Assembly: GCA_951406725.2 (NCBI GenBank)
Contig: OX597821.1
Location: 24,428,001-24,492,000 of the forward strand
DNA from: Octopus vulgaris
Lineage: Eukaryota
Direction: 5' to 3'
Length of the DNA stretch: 64,000 bases
Shown: positions 42,385 to 56,880 of the stretch, piece after piece
Position numbering within the stretch: the stretch's first letter is position 1
Layout: each line of letters starts with the position of its first letter
Notes under the pieces: model-generated
Databases searched by the model: none
Told to the model about the DNA's origin: nothing
Seen by the model: the letters and a program-made list of their open reading frames with translations, nothing else
Made by a program: the position numbers and the translations under genes

Positions 42385-42528
42385 AGGAGAAGTTATACGA
42401 CGTATTTATTTCGTACAAATCTTCAGATGCAGACGAAAATTGGGTGAAAAACATTTTGTTTCCGAAAATCGAAGATGACATGGGATTGAAAGCATGCGTT
42501 CACTTTCGGGACTTCGTCCCGGGTGAGA
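42385..42528 (+). CDS. EGF-TM-TIR receptor (gene A), TIR exon 1 (box 1 to BB loop)
   Basis: Acceptor ttttcAG (42383-84), donor A|GTAAGT (42529), 144 nt, phase 1-1. Translates EEKLYDVFISYKSSDADENWVKNILFPKIEDDMGLKACVHFRDFVPGE, with TIR box 1 (YDVFISY) and box 2 (RDFVPG). Confidence 0.93.
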
Positions 42529-44094
42529 GTAAGTATCGACTAGTGTGAGTGGAATATGCCAGTTCAACGATACTACTGGTGATCGAGTTTTATGATGTGT
42601 ACACACACACACACACACTCACACACACATACACATACACACACGCACACTTACACCCACACGCACCACCCCACACACATACACACACATACACAACACA
42701 TACACACACATACAAACACACACATACACACACACACACACACACACATACACACACGCACACTTACACCCACACGCACCCCCACACACACATACACAAC
42801 ACATACACACACATACACAACACATACACACACATACACAACACATACACACACATACAAACACACATACACACACACTTACACACGCACCCCCCACACA
42901 CATATACATGGTGAAGGTACATTTGAATGGATTCTTCCATGCTGATAAGTTCTAAAGAAGACCGAAACATGTCCATGTCTGTCCTTTTGCTACCAAACAA
43001 AGGTCAACCTTTTCGATAAACCTGTATAGTCTTCGTGTAAAGTCATACAAAGGGCAATCTGACTGGTTGTTAGAGAATCGAATAAATTTTCTTAGGGCAT
43101 TTGTTCCGACTTCCTGCCCTCTGAGTACAAATATCACGCTGGTTAACTTCGCTTTTTATTATTTCGGGGACGATACAGAAAGTATTAAGCCAGGCCTGTG
43201 AAGTGTTGGAAGTGTAAGAACCTTAGATCAGATGTTTTATGGTATTCGTTCTGGCTCTTAACGTTGTGAGTTCGAACTCCGGTAAATATAATCCATAGCT
43301 GACACTTTCAGTGACTTTAGCGGAGTTCCCGTATTACAAACATTCGAGTCAGGATTCTTGTTCGAGGATACCTATTTCTTTCCTACCCATAGGGGGCTAA
43401 ACACAGAGAGGACAAACAAGGATAGACAAAGGGATTAAGTCGATTATATCGACCCCAGTGTGTAACTGGTACTTAATTTATCGACCCCGAAAGGATGAAA
43501 GGCAAAGTCAACCTCGGCGGAATTTGAACTCGGCAGACGAAATACCGCTAAGCATTTCTCCCTGCGTGCTAACGTTTCTGCCAGCTCGCCGCCTTGTTCG
43601 AGGATACCGTCTCTCCCACCCCCAAGACCTCAGAGGATTTTTAATGGTCGTCTTGACCAAAAGATAAAAAAAGGTTTATTAATTTTCAGCGTTTGATCCT
43701 TAATTTCGTAAAGTTACCTCCCCTCCTCCCCTTTCTCAAAGAATCGCTAATAATTAATCAGTTATTGCTAAATATGTTAAACTAGCTTATTTTATACAAA
43801 ATGCTTCGCTAAATACTGGTGGATGCAACATAACTAGTTGTACAGTATCCCGCGTGCAAGGGACAGAAACAGGATGGGTTGAAACGATCGTTGTATTGAT
43901 TAAATATTCTTGCAAACTCCATTCTCCGTTGCGTCTATCCATTATAAGCTCAACGAACACCGCGGAATTCCTGAGTTAGCTCCAATGGCATTTACATCAA
44001 AACTGTGGATGACCTCAGGTAGCCTAAACGGTGAAAGTGCTTAAATCGGCATACTACTAACCATATACTCAAGGTTGAAATAATTATTAATATA

Positions 44095-44413
44095 CTAGCA
44101 GTATGACCCGGCAACGCCGGATCATAGTGATAGTGCATGCATATGCAGCTGCGTGCGTGCGCACATACACGCGAGTACTCTCCAAATCTCCGACCAATCA
44201 CATTCTGGCATTCAATTGACGTATCAAGTTTCGGCCATTTTGATTGGGTTTTGGATAGAAAATTCACAAAATAAGCAACTTCTATTGATTTTTAAATGGC
44301 TTTGCGGGGTGACTGGGGAAATGTAAATATGTGCATGACCACCCTTGGACGGTTTTGAATGACCATAGAAAGTGCGAGCCCTCTAACTGAAAAATTGTGG
44401 ATTTGTACAAAGG

Positions 44414-44465
<52 letters not shown>

Positions 44466-44490
44466 ACACACACATTTTGCCGTTTATATA
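44095..44490 (-). mobile_element. Non-autonomous Helitron in last intron of gene A
   Basis: 3' CTAG (44095-98) preceded on the - strand by the hairpin TATGATCCGGC-GTT-GCCGGGTCATA. 5' end A|TC..TATATATAAAC with (TG)n. Similar elements at 10334-10532 and 59699-60590. Confidence 0.75.
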
Positions 44491-44500
44491 TATAGAGAGA

Positions 44501-44567
<67 letters not shown>

Positions 44568-44613
44568 ATGAGTGAAATTTTTTCTAATCAATGATTTTCT
44601 TGTACATTTACAG

Positions 44614-44945
44614 CTATTTCAAACAATATCATAGAAAGCATACAAAACAGCAGAAGAACGCTTCTGGTGCTAACCAATGATTATATAGACAGCGAGTGGA
44701 CCCGGATGGAATACCAAGTAGCCCAACAGGAAATGTTCAAACTTCGTCACAGAATTATTCCTGTTATTCTCGGTAATTTCAAGGATTTAGACATCAAAGA
44801 TAAAAATCTAAAATTTATTTTGGAAACAGTGACCTACCTACAATGGCCATCAGACTCAGAGGGCACTCATCTTCAAACTGCATTCTGGAACAATCTGAAG
44901 AAGACTTTACGAAATAAATACCAGTCGAAGCAAGTTTCTACTTAA
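44614..44945 (+). CDS. EGF-TM-TIR receptor (gene A), terminal TIR exon
   Basis: Acceptor ttacAG (44612-13). In-frame continuation TISNNIIESIQNSRRTLLVLTNDYIDSEWTRMEYQVAQQEMFKLRHRIIPVIL...TYLQWP...AFWNNLKKTL, including TLR-type box 3 FW. Stop TAA at 44943-45. Confidence 0.93.
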
Positions 44946-46078
44946 TTTTCTCTAAACTGACTCTCTGCTACGAATTTTCAAAAATATTGAATTTATATTT
45001 ATATATGTCTACAAGAGATATTATCTCTGTCGTGCCTTCTTCGGTCGTGGAGATCAAGGGCTCTTTCATTATGACGACTGATACTTCGTCTCAGAATTGT
45101 ACCCGGAATTTTTTCCTAATTTCCAGGGATAACGCTCGTAGCAGGTCTTCCAGATCGCTCATCGTTTTCCAGAGTCACTCTTCCGTTGTTTTTGAAGCCC
45201 CCCATTCTACTCGAAACATCGCGTACGACCCACTGCTTCGTCTTAAAGGATGCTCAATGTCTCTGTAGCAGACTTCGCATTTTTAAAAATCAAAATTTCA
45301 CGCTGGTGCTTTGTTCCTACTTTCTGTCCATTACAAAATCGTAAACTACGGCATACATGTGATGACGAAAACAGAAATTTCACAACTTGCGAAGTAAACG
45401 CAGCAATTTCACTCGGCACACAGCCACGTGGATGTCACTGCTTGTCCTCACTGCACACGCAACCGTATGCTATCATCTGTTGGCGGGTTACAGAACTAGT
45501 CCGGGAACTTTTTGATGCCACCTTGTACGTACTTTGTTCCAAGACATGAATTTTAAGGAAGTAAATGATGAGACAACATGTAAGTTTCCCTGATTATCAG
45601 AATATTGTCACTAGATATCATGCAACGAATGCTGGTTACATACAACACACGTGTTGCTGATTACCGGACACTGATGTAAGTTCAAGACATTGGTCATACT
45701 GATGACATATTTCTTTTGTGGTGGAAGACCTATTATCTCTCAAGTTAAACATTTCATGATTGGAGGTGAGAAAGGTCATTTGCAGGTGCTATTTTTTGTT
45801 GTTGCTATGTATGTGCGGACCATACGGGATTTGTAGCGCAGTATCCTCTTTTAAATATCTCAGTCTTATGTTTGTTATATTCTCACGTGATTTATCAACA
45901 AATATTCTAAATAAAGGGGATTATTGCAAACAGTAACATAGATATTATCTCATCCTGGGACAAAATATCTGTCTTTATCGAGGATAACAGCTACAGCCAG
46001 AGCTTTCATTAGTGGTTGGAAAATCTTTGATTTTCTGTAAGTATTCACGGATGGACATTGTACAGTGGTATTCCAAAA

Positions 46079-46309
46079 GGCAGCGAGCTGGCAGAAACGT
46101 TAGCACGCCGGGCAAAATGCGTAGCCGTATTTCGTCTGCCGTTACGTTCTGAGTTCAAATTCCGCCGAGGTCGACTTTGCCTTTCATCCTTTCGGGGTCG
46201 ATAAATTAAGTACCAGTTATGCACTGGGGTCGATGTAATTGACTTAATACCTATGTCTGTCCTTGTTTGTCCCCTCTATGTTTAGCCCCTTGTGGGTAAT
46301 AAAGAAATA
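46079..46309 (+). mobile_element. Young tRNA-derived SINE with 12-bp TSD
   Basis: GGTATTCCAAAA on both sides, A/B boxes, core ctttcatcctttcggggtcgataaattaagtaccag. Relatives at about 10550-10780, 24380-24490, 40300-40415 and 43375-43595. Confidence 0.9.
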
Positions 46310-46705
46310 GGTATTCCAAAACCCAAAATGTTTATTTCGTCTGTAATAAAGATAATTTTTTCAAGATTAAGAGTTAAACCATATTTGACATATAAAGCAA
46401 ACTATTTGGTGGAAAATACTTCTAAGTTATTGGCTTAGTCGATGGAATCCATCAACGTACTTGGTTTCGACGTGTGCTTCTGAGACTATTTCATGAAATC
46501 TAAAAGCTGGTACCAAAAACAATGTAACCATCAAGAACTGTGCAATATCGGTATTCACCGCGCAGAATTCTGACTTAAGTGTTAATGCCTATCTTCCTTA
46601 TACATTCGGGCAATCTGATGACCATTCCAGACATCAAATACAGTCTTCTTTCTTCCTTTCTTGCTTTCTTTCTTTCTTTCTTTCTTTCTTTCCTTCTTTC
46701 TTTCC

Positions 46706-46736
<31 letters not shown>

Positions 46737-46870
46737 TGTCTCTTTTTCTTTCTTTCTTTCTTTCTTTCTCTTTTTCCTTCCTTCTTTCTTTCTTTGTCTT
46801 TTTCCTTCCTTCTCTTTTTCTTTCTTTCTCTTTTTCCTTCTTTTTTCTTTCTTTCTTTCTTTCTTTCTTC

Positions 46871-46911
<41 letters not shown>

Positions 46912-46942
46912 TTCCTTCCTTCCTTTCTTTCTTTCTTTCTTC

Positions 46943-47003
<61 letters not shown>

Positions 47004-47899
47004 TTCTTTCTTCCTTCCTTCCTTCCTTCCTTCTTTCCTTTCCTTTTTTCTGAGTTGAAATAAATATCAAATATCCAGAGATATCACAGAGCCACCAACA
47101 AGAGCAGCTTCAAGTCTTGATCGAGCTTCGTCTTTTACCTCATTCTGTCGGTGGAGTGGAACAAGATAGAGACAAGAAGGCAGCAGGTTTAGCTTCAGAG
47201 TTGATTATGAGCGCTTGTGGTGTATTTTTCAGTATTGGAAGTGTTGCTGGTGTAACGGTTTATGTAATGATATATGTTGGTGGTCGGCAGTTACCAATTG
47301 TATCGGGTGTTGATGTTGCAGATGTGCAAGATTAAAGAACAGTGATCGAACTTATAAACACTGTTACATGTTGTTGTAGCCAAACCGCGACAGGCTGGCA
47401 GAATATAATTCGTAAAGCATGCGAAGTAAAGAGAGATATCGTATATTTTCCTTGTATAGAGTGTGTTCTCGTCATTGTGTAGTAGTAAATCAAAGTTAGA
47501 GATAGGGTAATGTTGTAGAGAAAAGAAAGTGAGCCAGTAAAAGTGGGAATGGTGGGACGAAACAACAGCTTCGTTTTGTGAGATACCATAGTTGTCTCGC
47601 TGTGCCTTTTCATTCCGTTGATGGCATTTCGTTCAGCCGGTCAGCCAGACTCGATTCTCACTAACTGACTTTGGCTTACGGAGTTTTTGTATTTATAACT
47701 ATACAAAACTAGCTAGAAAATTAGGTATATTGGAGAGACCAAAAGATATTCTTTGTGGGTCGACTGTTATCTCAATTCCATTCTCCACCGCATACAAGAG
47801 GTTAGAAGGGTCTTACCTCCTAGTAGCTGAGATCTCAACTTTATACGTTTGTAGGCAACCTTATTTGAATCCAGTGTCGTCATGTTTTAATAAGAGTCA

Positions 47900-49300
47900 T
47901 CTTGAGTTATTATCCCTATCACATCGTTAACAACTAGGTGGCGCTCGTTAGATAGATATAAAAAGACTCGCACAGCCAAGTAACACCCTCGTCTCCTCTT
48001 CCACGCGGCATGCAGCTAACTACGTCTTCTACATTTCTGTTCCTGCTACGGGACATTTTGTTAAATCTATACCATTCATGGAAGGCGGCAAGACATAAAC
48101 CTTTTCTTATTCAACTTCTATTCTGTTCTGTTGAATGTTAATATACAAGCTGTGTAAAATGCTCTCATCCCGGATCGGAATAAATACTCCATGTACATGA
48201 AGTCTTCGAAAACTCATGCGAGTTGTTGTTGTTCCTCACTGGATTAACTCCTACAGCTATCGAAGTATGACCGAACACTATATTAAATTAGTGGACTAAA
48301 AGCTCGCTAAAGTGGTGACCCCGACGTTGGAAACTATCTGCCGGATAGTTTCCTTAAAAAAGAAAAAAAAACAAAAATGCAGGAGTTACGCGTTAAAACA
48401 AAAAAAATGTATTTTAAATAGTTCGTTCTCCTTTTCGACACCCACGTGCGTGAAGATTCTGTTATTTACAACATGGCGGATGTCTTTCGTCTCCATTGCG
48501 TGACCATGTGCTTCACGCATGCATCCTAATGCTTTGCCTCGTTTTCGCCTGGATTTTGCCCTTTCGCCGCCATTGCTCAACATACAAATTTGGAGTGAGA
48601 CTACGAGTCACGAAGATTTTGTCGGACTGCGCCTGTTTGTTTCTGTCAATTTCGACTTCAGTCGCAATGACTTCAGTCACCGTTACCAGCTTTTAGTGGT
48701 AATGTGCGGCTCTGATTTTCTCAGTTGGACTCGTACTTTGCGGCGAGTGACAGTTCGTCCGAGCGGCTGCAACTGCATGTTCTACTGAGTTCCATCCCTC
48801 CATCACTAGCGAATAGTCTCAAGGATATCATCATTAACACTGCTAAAGATGCCACGTATTCATCCGTCAAGAGAGAGATTATTCACAGGACGGCCGTACC
48901 CGAGACTAAGCGTTTCCGCACGCTAATTTGTGACAAATATTTGGATGGCAGGACGCCGACTCAGCAGCTGCGCAGAATGAGAGAGCTCACCGAGGATTCT
49001 TCCAAAGACAACTCCTTGCTAAAACAGCTCTTCTTCTCCTGTTTGTCTTCGCACGTGCAGGGGATACTCACCTCTAGCATGGACGTCACTCTCATCGACC
49101 AGTTGGCCTTGTCTGCCGATAGAATTTTGGAGTACACTGGAAATGGAACTGCGGACAACAAATTGGCTGCTGTTTCTCGTTCTCCCTCAACAGTCGTAGC
49201 TTCATTTCAGCAGCCTGATTCCACTCAGGCGGACACTCTGCAGGCTATTAGGGAACTTACCGAGCAGGTGAAGAACTATAGTCGGGTCCTGAACAATGAC
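47900..49300 (+). mobile_element. Ty3/Gypsy LTR retrotransposon 5' fragment (LTR remnant, tRNA-Trp PBS, gag)
   Basis: PBS TGGTGACCCCGACGT at 48313-48327. Gag-like LDSYF...LKDII...YSSVKREII...RTPTQQLRRMREL...LKQLFFSCLSSHVQGIL...LALSADRILE. Confidence 0.85.
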
Positions 49301-49884
49301 GGTGTCGAAATCTGTAAGATACTTCTTCGCAGGAGTCAAAATTTATAATTTAAATTATGTGCTTACCCTGGTTCAGGCTTTCTGCTCGAATCTCGATTCC
49401 GTAGCGTCAGCTCTCTTCGATGCGCTAAGACATATATCAAGTGGTTAATGTTATCGTAGGTTGTTTTCATACCTCTACCCTTAGGGTCTTCAAATATCTG
49501 TTAGCGATTTCATTTACTGCTGCTAATTCTAATTTACTGGATTTCAACTGACCGTTCTGTCTGTCCATCAGTGGAAGAGGGATGACTATCTTCAATGGTT
49601 AGTTACTATGAATTGGATATCTATTGGTTAGATGTATCAATTTACATCTGATAATACGTTTCGTTAATTCGTTTAATTGTTTTGGGTGAAAAAAATCTAA
49701 TGCTTGGTGTTTAGAGTTCCACAATGTTTTTTTAGCCTTCTAGGAGTCAGTTTGCATATATGCCTCATATAAATTTTTGGTAAGTTCGTAAGTTCATTAT
49801 ATACAGTGATTGTAGTCGCGATTAGGTTGAAGGAGACTTATACGTTTATCCATGATGACTTTGGCTATTCACTAAAATAATATA

Positions 49885-51171
49885 TCGGGTTGAGTAAAAA
49901 AGTAAGCAACGTTTTGAATCATGAAGAATTAGTACCGGATTTTTGCAGAGTTTTGAATGTTCTTTTTTTTTTTTTAACATTTTTCACAATTGTCTGATAA
50001 TTCAGGCATAGACTTGCCCAAATGCATCAATAAATTAACATTGATATATTTTTTCACCATTGTTACAATCATCTGAAATGGAACTGTCAAAGCGCGATAT
50101 TCGAGCAATTTTGCTATTCAACTTCAAAATAAGGACGTAAAGCAGCTGAAACTGCTCGTGATATCAACGAAACGTTTGGTGAGGAAACGACCAGTGAGTG
50201 GTCAGCTCAAAAATGGTTTAAACGATTTCGCAGTGGAGTACTGAGTCTTAAAGATCGTTAGTGAAGTGAACGTCTATCTGTCATCGATGATGGTCAATTA
50301 AAGACCGTCATTGAGAAAGATCCACGTACAACCACTCGAGAGCTGGCAAAAGAACTTCAAGTTAGCCAGAAAACTGCCGGCAACCATTTGCATGCGATCA
50401 GAAATTCAAAAAAGCTCGACAAATGGGTACCACACGATTTGAATGAAAATCAGAAAATGCGCAGATATGAAATTTGCTCGTCGCCTCTTCCCCGTAACCA
50501 GACCAAACCATTTCTCGACCGTATTGTAACTTGCGATGAAAAGTGGATTCTGTACAACAATAAAAATGTTCTTCACAGTGGCTGGACCAAAATAAAGCAC
50601 CGAAAACCTTCCCTAAACCCGAGCTCTTCAAAAAGAAAGTTATGGTGACTGTTTGGTGATGTACTGCTGGACTCGTCCACTATAATTTCTTAAAACCCGG
50701 AAAAAACCATTACTGCGGAAACATATTGCCATGAAATTGCCAAAATGAACGAAAACCTGCTGCTCCTCCGCCCCAGACTGAGGGCCAATCCCTTTTCATG
50801 ACGATGTTCGACTACACGTTTCACTAATGACGCACCAGAAGTTGAGGGAACTTGTCTTCGAGTTCTTTCCCACCAAGCTTATTCCCCAGAACCTTCTCCT
50901 ACCGACTACCACTTTTTCAAGCACCTTGATGGTTTCCTGCGAGAGAAGGAGTTCAGAAATCAAACTGAGGCTGAAAGTGTGTTCGAAGAGTTCCTCAGCT
51001 CCAGAACTCAAGATTTTTATGTTACCGGAATAAACAAACTTGTAACTCATTGGCAAAAATGTTGTGCTGATTGTAATGGTACTTACTTTGATGAATAAAA
51101 TTACCGCATTGTTGAAATATATTGTGATGAATTTCATGCTTCAAAACGTTGTTTACTTCTTACTAAGCCTG

Positions 51172-51172
<1 letters not shown>
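49885..51172 (+). mobile_element. Full-length decayed mariner
   Basis: Matching TIRs flanked by TA; KWVPHDL, RIVTCDEKW, HDDVR, YSPEPSPTDYHFF. Confidence 0.92.
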
Positions 51173-51219
<47 letters not shown>

Positions 51220-52030
51220 ACTTTTGTTTTTCAAAATAGGTAATTATCATCTTTAAAAGTTTCGGTAAAGTTTTGTCAGAATTAAATTTAAAGCTGTTCC
51301 CAGCTTGGGTAATCTTACTTTTTAGCTTGTTTCTAATTCTACATTTGCATTTAAACGTACACACTGAGCGGTGTTTGTATTTTTCGTAAATTGTTTTGAA
51401 ACGTTGACTCATTTCTTTATGTATGTAACGCTATGGCGCTGTGTTTATATAAATGTGTTAAAGATGTATGTATCATTTATATAGATATACTACTGTATAT
51501 GTAATCTTTAAAACACTCATGTAGAAATATTCGTATGTAATCTTACCGTTCCAATATTAGGTACGCTGTTATTATATGAGCAGTAATTACACACGTCTGA
51601 GGATCGGACTGACCAAAATGGTCACCATGTTTAGTACATGCGTGCACGTACGTACGTATGTATGTCATTATTCAGTTTATTTCAAGATTTCTTCTCAATA
51701 CAGAAAGAATCCATTTCTAACCTAGATCCAAGGTTCCTTCATTGGAATTTCAACATCAACAATAGGGTATTTTGGTACGTACTTATGTAATTATGTACTT
51801 ATGTAATTATGTACTTATGTAATTATGTATTTATGTACTTATGTACGTATGTAATTATGTACTTATGTAATTATGTACTTATGTAATTATGTATTTATGT
51901 ACTTATGTACGTATGTACGTATGTATGAATGTATGTATGTATGTATGTATGTATGTATGTATGTATGTATGTACAGATTTGTATGTTTTTAGTATGTATT
52001 CTCATGCATGTAGTTACATATCTAGGCATA

Positions 52031-52986
52031 CCGTAAATCCTGGAGTATAATCCGCATTTTTGTCCTATAATTTAAAGGTCAAAATCCCTAGTGCGTACTA
52101 TATACGAGGTTAAAATGAAAAATATTTTCTAAGCAATGTCCGAGTCTCTATTTGCTGTCCGGCAATGTTTATTCAGATGCATTTTGTGATGTCGGGCGCG
52201 AAAATACCTTAAGCTAAGCCTGACAGCAATGAAGTCATAAAAGAATCATCCATAACTTGCAGTAAGCAACATTTATTAAAATAAAAGTAAGCAGAACACA
52301 GAATAACATGTAACAAAAACAATTTGCAAACATATTTACATTCCCATATAACAGTTAAGAACATCACTATTATTGTATTACGCATGCGCGTAAGTGTTTG
52401 TTCGACTAGGTGCTGTTGGCTTAATTACGCACGAATTGTGCTTAATAGTTTAGCGCTAAATAGTTCATTCTGCTGTTTGTATTGGCAGTTTGCATCATTA
52501 CCGTGGCAAACAATAGATACTTAATTAAATACCAGTATTAAATGTTTGAACTATTGTGGGTCTTTACTAGGGTTTTTTTTATAAGCGGGACTTAAACCTG
52601 TGCATTAATCTCCAATAAAACATTTTATACGTTACAGGCCAATAAAATGCCTCGTAGATCTTATTCAACTATGTTTAAACTTGAATTTATATCATATGCT
52701 GAAGAGCATGGTAATAGGGCCGCCGAGAGAAAATTTGATGTTGACGAAAGCAATGTCAGGTTATAGAGAAGAAATTAAGATGAAATTAAACAGATACCAA
52801 AGATAAAGAAGGCAAGAAGGCAGTAATAAAGGACGTTACCGTATACATTTTTACAAACCAAGGATGTTATATAGACCTCCTTGACTCAAGTATTATACAC
52901 AAGGTTTAGGGTTTTTCAGAGGTACAGACCTCTAAAATTCCCCTGCGTATTATACTCAAGGGCGGACTATACTCGAGGATTCACGG
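52031..52986 (+). mobile_element. Internally deleted pogo-like element
   Basis: TA|CCGTAAATCCTGGAGTATA ... TATACTCGAGGATTCACGG|TA; HTH remnant YAEEHGNRAAERKFDVDESNVR. Related MITE at 59360-59540. Confidence 0.8.
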
Positions 52987-53049
52987 TACATATATATTTA
53001 AATGATAAACTTCTTGAAAGTTTTGCAGATTTTTACAGTGATGGGTTGG

Positions 53050-53700
53050 ATCTGTAGTCTTTAAATTAGCTTTCTCCTTTCCGGTTTTGAGAAGCCTAAT
53101 TTCATAAGATTGGTATTTAGGCAGTGTGTTACATATTCCAGGGCCCCAATGATTACAGGTATAGACTTGAACGTGTAATCAGGATAGAGGAACTACAAAT
53201 TTTTCAATAGTTCAGCATAGGCGTTCTCTTTTTCACTGATCTTCAGCTTTATGTTAACATCCACTGGACAACTAATTTCCACCACTGTGCAGTTTCTCTT
53301 CTCAATCCCTAATCATTATATCAAGTCTGTTTTGCTTACATTTTACTGAGGTCTTCACTGGTACATTCCACCAATATTCCTTTTTATTATGACAGGCTAT
53401 GGATTCTACCATATTGTGGTTTCTTATTTCTTTGTCCTCGGGATTATCCTTCCGACGGATTTCATTATAGAGTGTCCTAGCTACAACGTCATGTCTCATC
53501 GATAGATAAAACCGTGGTGACATTTTCGGACAACTGCTTATGATGTGGATGAAATCTTCAGTGTGAACTTCACAAAATCTGCATCGGTTGTCACATTTTA
53601 CGGCTTTTCCTGCATCTCTATCCCTTTTGTGCATCAAGTACTTGATTGATATTTCCTGTTCATGGATGGCAAACACACACGCTTCAAAGTGAGAGGTAGT
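53050..53700 (-). mobile_element. REL-type non-LTR retrotransposon fragment
   Basis: CRFCEVHTEDFIHIISSCP...RHDVVAR...WWNVPV...NRLDI (CCHC knuckle and REL). Confidence 0.8.
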
Positions 53701-54255
53701 AATCCGGCTATTCGTCTATGTATGTATGTATGTATGTATGTATGTATGTATGTATGTATGAGTAAATGTGTGTATGTGTGTGAATATATGCATGTAATGG
53801 TACACTCACTGTTACATAAAATCTTTTGAAATAAGATCATTCTATTGTAAATCATTGATGCGTTAGCGACATCTATCATTCTTTGGTCTCTCAGGCTTTA
53901 AGTTACACACACACGCACGCACACGCACACGCACACACAGATATATATATGCTTGTTTTCAGACTTTTTTTTAGTTGACCATCGTTTCGTACTTTTGTAG
54001 TGTCTAGGGAGGGTCATTATGCCAATATAATTAACACACACACACACACTAGTTCAATTCCACTGAATTATTAAACATCCGATTGTTTTGTTTTTGTTTG
54101 TCACAGCTCTTTCGTTGCTTCTTGCAGCCTTCTCAGTGTCTAAATCCGTTACAGAGGCCGCGTTTGTTTGATTTGTTGCGTGCATGCCAGCGTGCGCGTG
54201 TGCTTATGTATGTATGTATGAATGTATGTATGTATGTATGTATGTATGTATGTAT

Positions 54256-54290
<35 letters not shown>

Positions 54291-54401
54291 ATGTATTGTG
54301 TGTGTGTGTGTGTGTGTACCCTGCATATTCATGTATTTGTGTATGTGTCCGTGCTTGTGTGTTTCTGTCTGTCTATCTGTATGTATGTATGTATGTATGT
54401 A

Positions 54402-54436
<35 letters not shown>

Positions 54437-55087
54437 ATGTATGTATGTATGTATTGTGTGTGTGTGTGTGTGTGTGTACCCTGCATATTCATGTATTTGT
54501 GTATGTGTCCGTGCTTGTGTGTTTCTGTCTGTCTGTCTGTATGTATGTATGTATGTATGTATGTGTGTGTGTATGTATGTATGTATGTATGTATGTATGT
54601 ATGTATGTGTGTGTGTATGTATGTATGTATGTATGTATGTATGTATGTATGTGTGTATGTATGTGTGTATGTATGCATGTATGTATGTGTGTGTGTGTGT
54701 AATGTGAGTGCTAATGCGTGTATCTCTGCTTCCTTGTGTGTGCGTGTTTGAGTTTGTCTATGCGTATGAGTCTGTGTGAGTATTCCCGTGCGCATGTTAT
54801 GTATGTATGTATGTGTGTCCATATTGTTTCATACGCTCTGAATCTCACCTTTTATATGTCTCAAGTTTCACTGGTGGCTGAAAAAATATTAGGAATACAT
54901 CGATGCCAGGTTAATATGTCCTGTTTATCACATGTGATACGCAAAACAGGCAAAGTGATCATAATAGTTATATCACATTTGAGCTGAGATCATTTCCCCA
55001 GTTAGAGGTAAGTAAACCAACAGTGGAAATATTTCAGCCGTAGCCATCCCGTCTTTTTTTTTCCATGTGTCCTTCATTTATTACGAG

Positions 55088-55272
55088 CAGGGGTGTAGCT
55101 AGGGTAAATGGCGCCCAGGGCAAGCATCAAAATTGCTCCCTACCACCCAACCAAAATGTGGAAACTCGCATAGAAATGGCTTAATTAGAAAATTATCTTG
55201 GCCAAAATCGTGCCCTTTCAAAGTGGCGCCCAAGGCATGTGTCCTATTTGTGCCACCCAAACTACACTCCGA
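55088..55272. mobile_element. hAT-type MITE
   Basis: CAGGGGTGTAGC start, degenerate inverted end, ATTACGAG 8-mer on both sides. Confidence 0.55.
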
Positions 55273-55529
55273 ATTACGAGAGTAGAAATGTGATACAAGG
55301 AAGATTTGGCTGCCGTTTCTAACAGGTTAAACGACCATGCAGAGCAGGCATGGAAAGCCATTTTCGAGAAGAGCGTTGCATATCATTCGGCACATCAGGC
55401 GGACCGCACCACCGGAAAAAAAACATTCAAGGTATCTTTTCGTTAGGTCTACCATTCAGAAAGTCTCGCGGACGGACTTTTGAGCATGACGAGCATCAAA
55501 GTCTCGTATTTCATTTGTCAAATGTGTTT

Positions 55530-56880
<1,351 letters not shown>

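Noticed and set aside
51778-51920. 16-bp tandem repeats resembling an array
   Set aside because: No spacers; a (TATG)n-derived minisatellite in eukaryotic DNA, not CRISPR.
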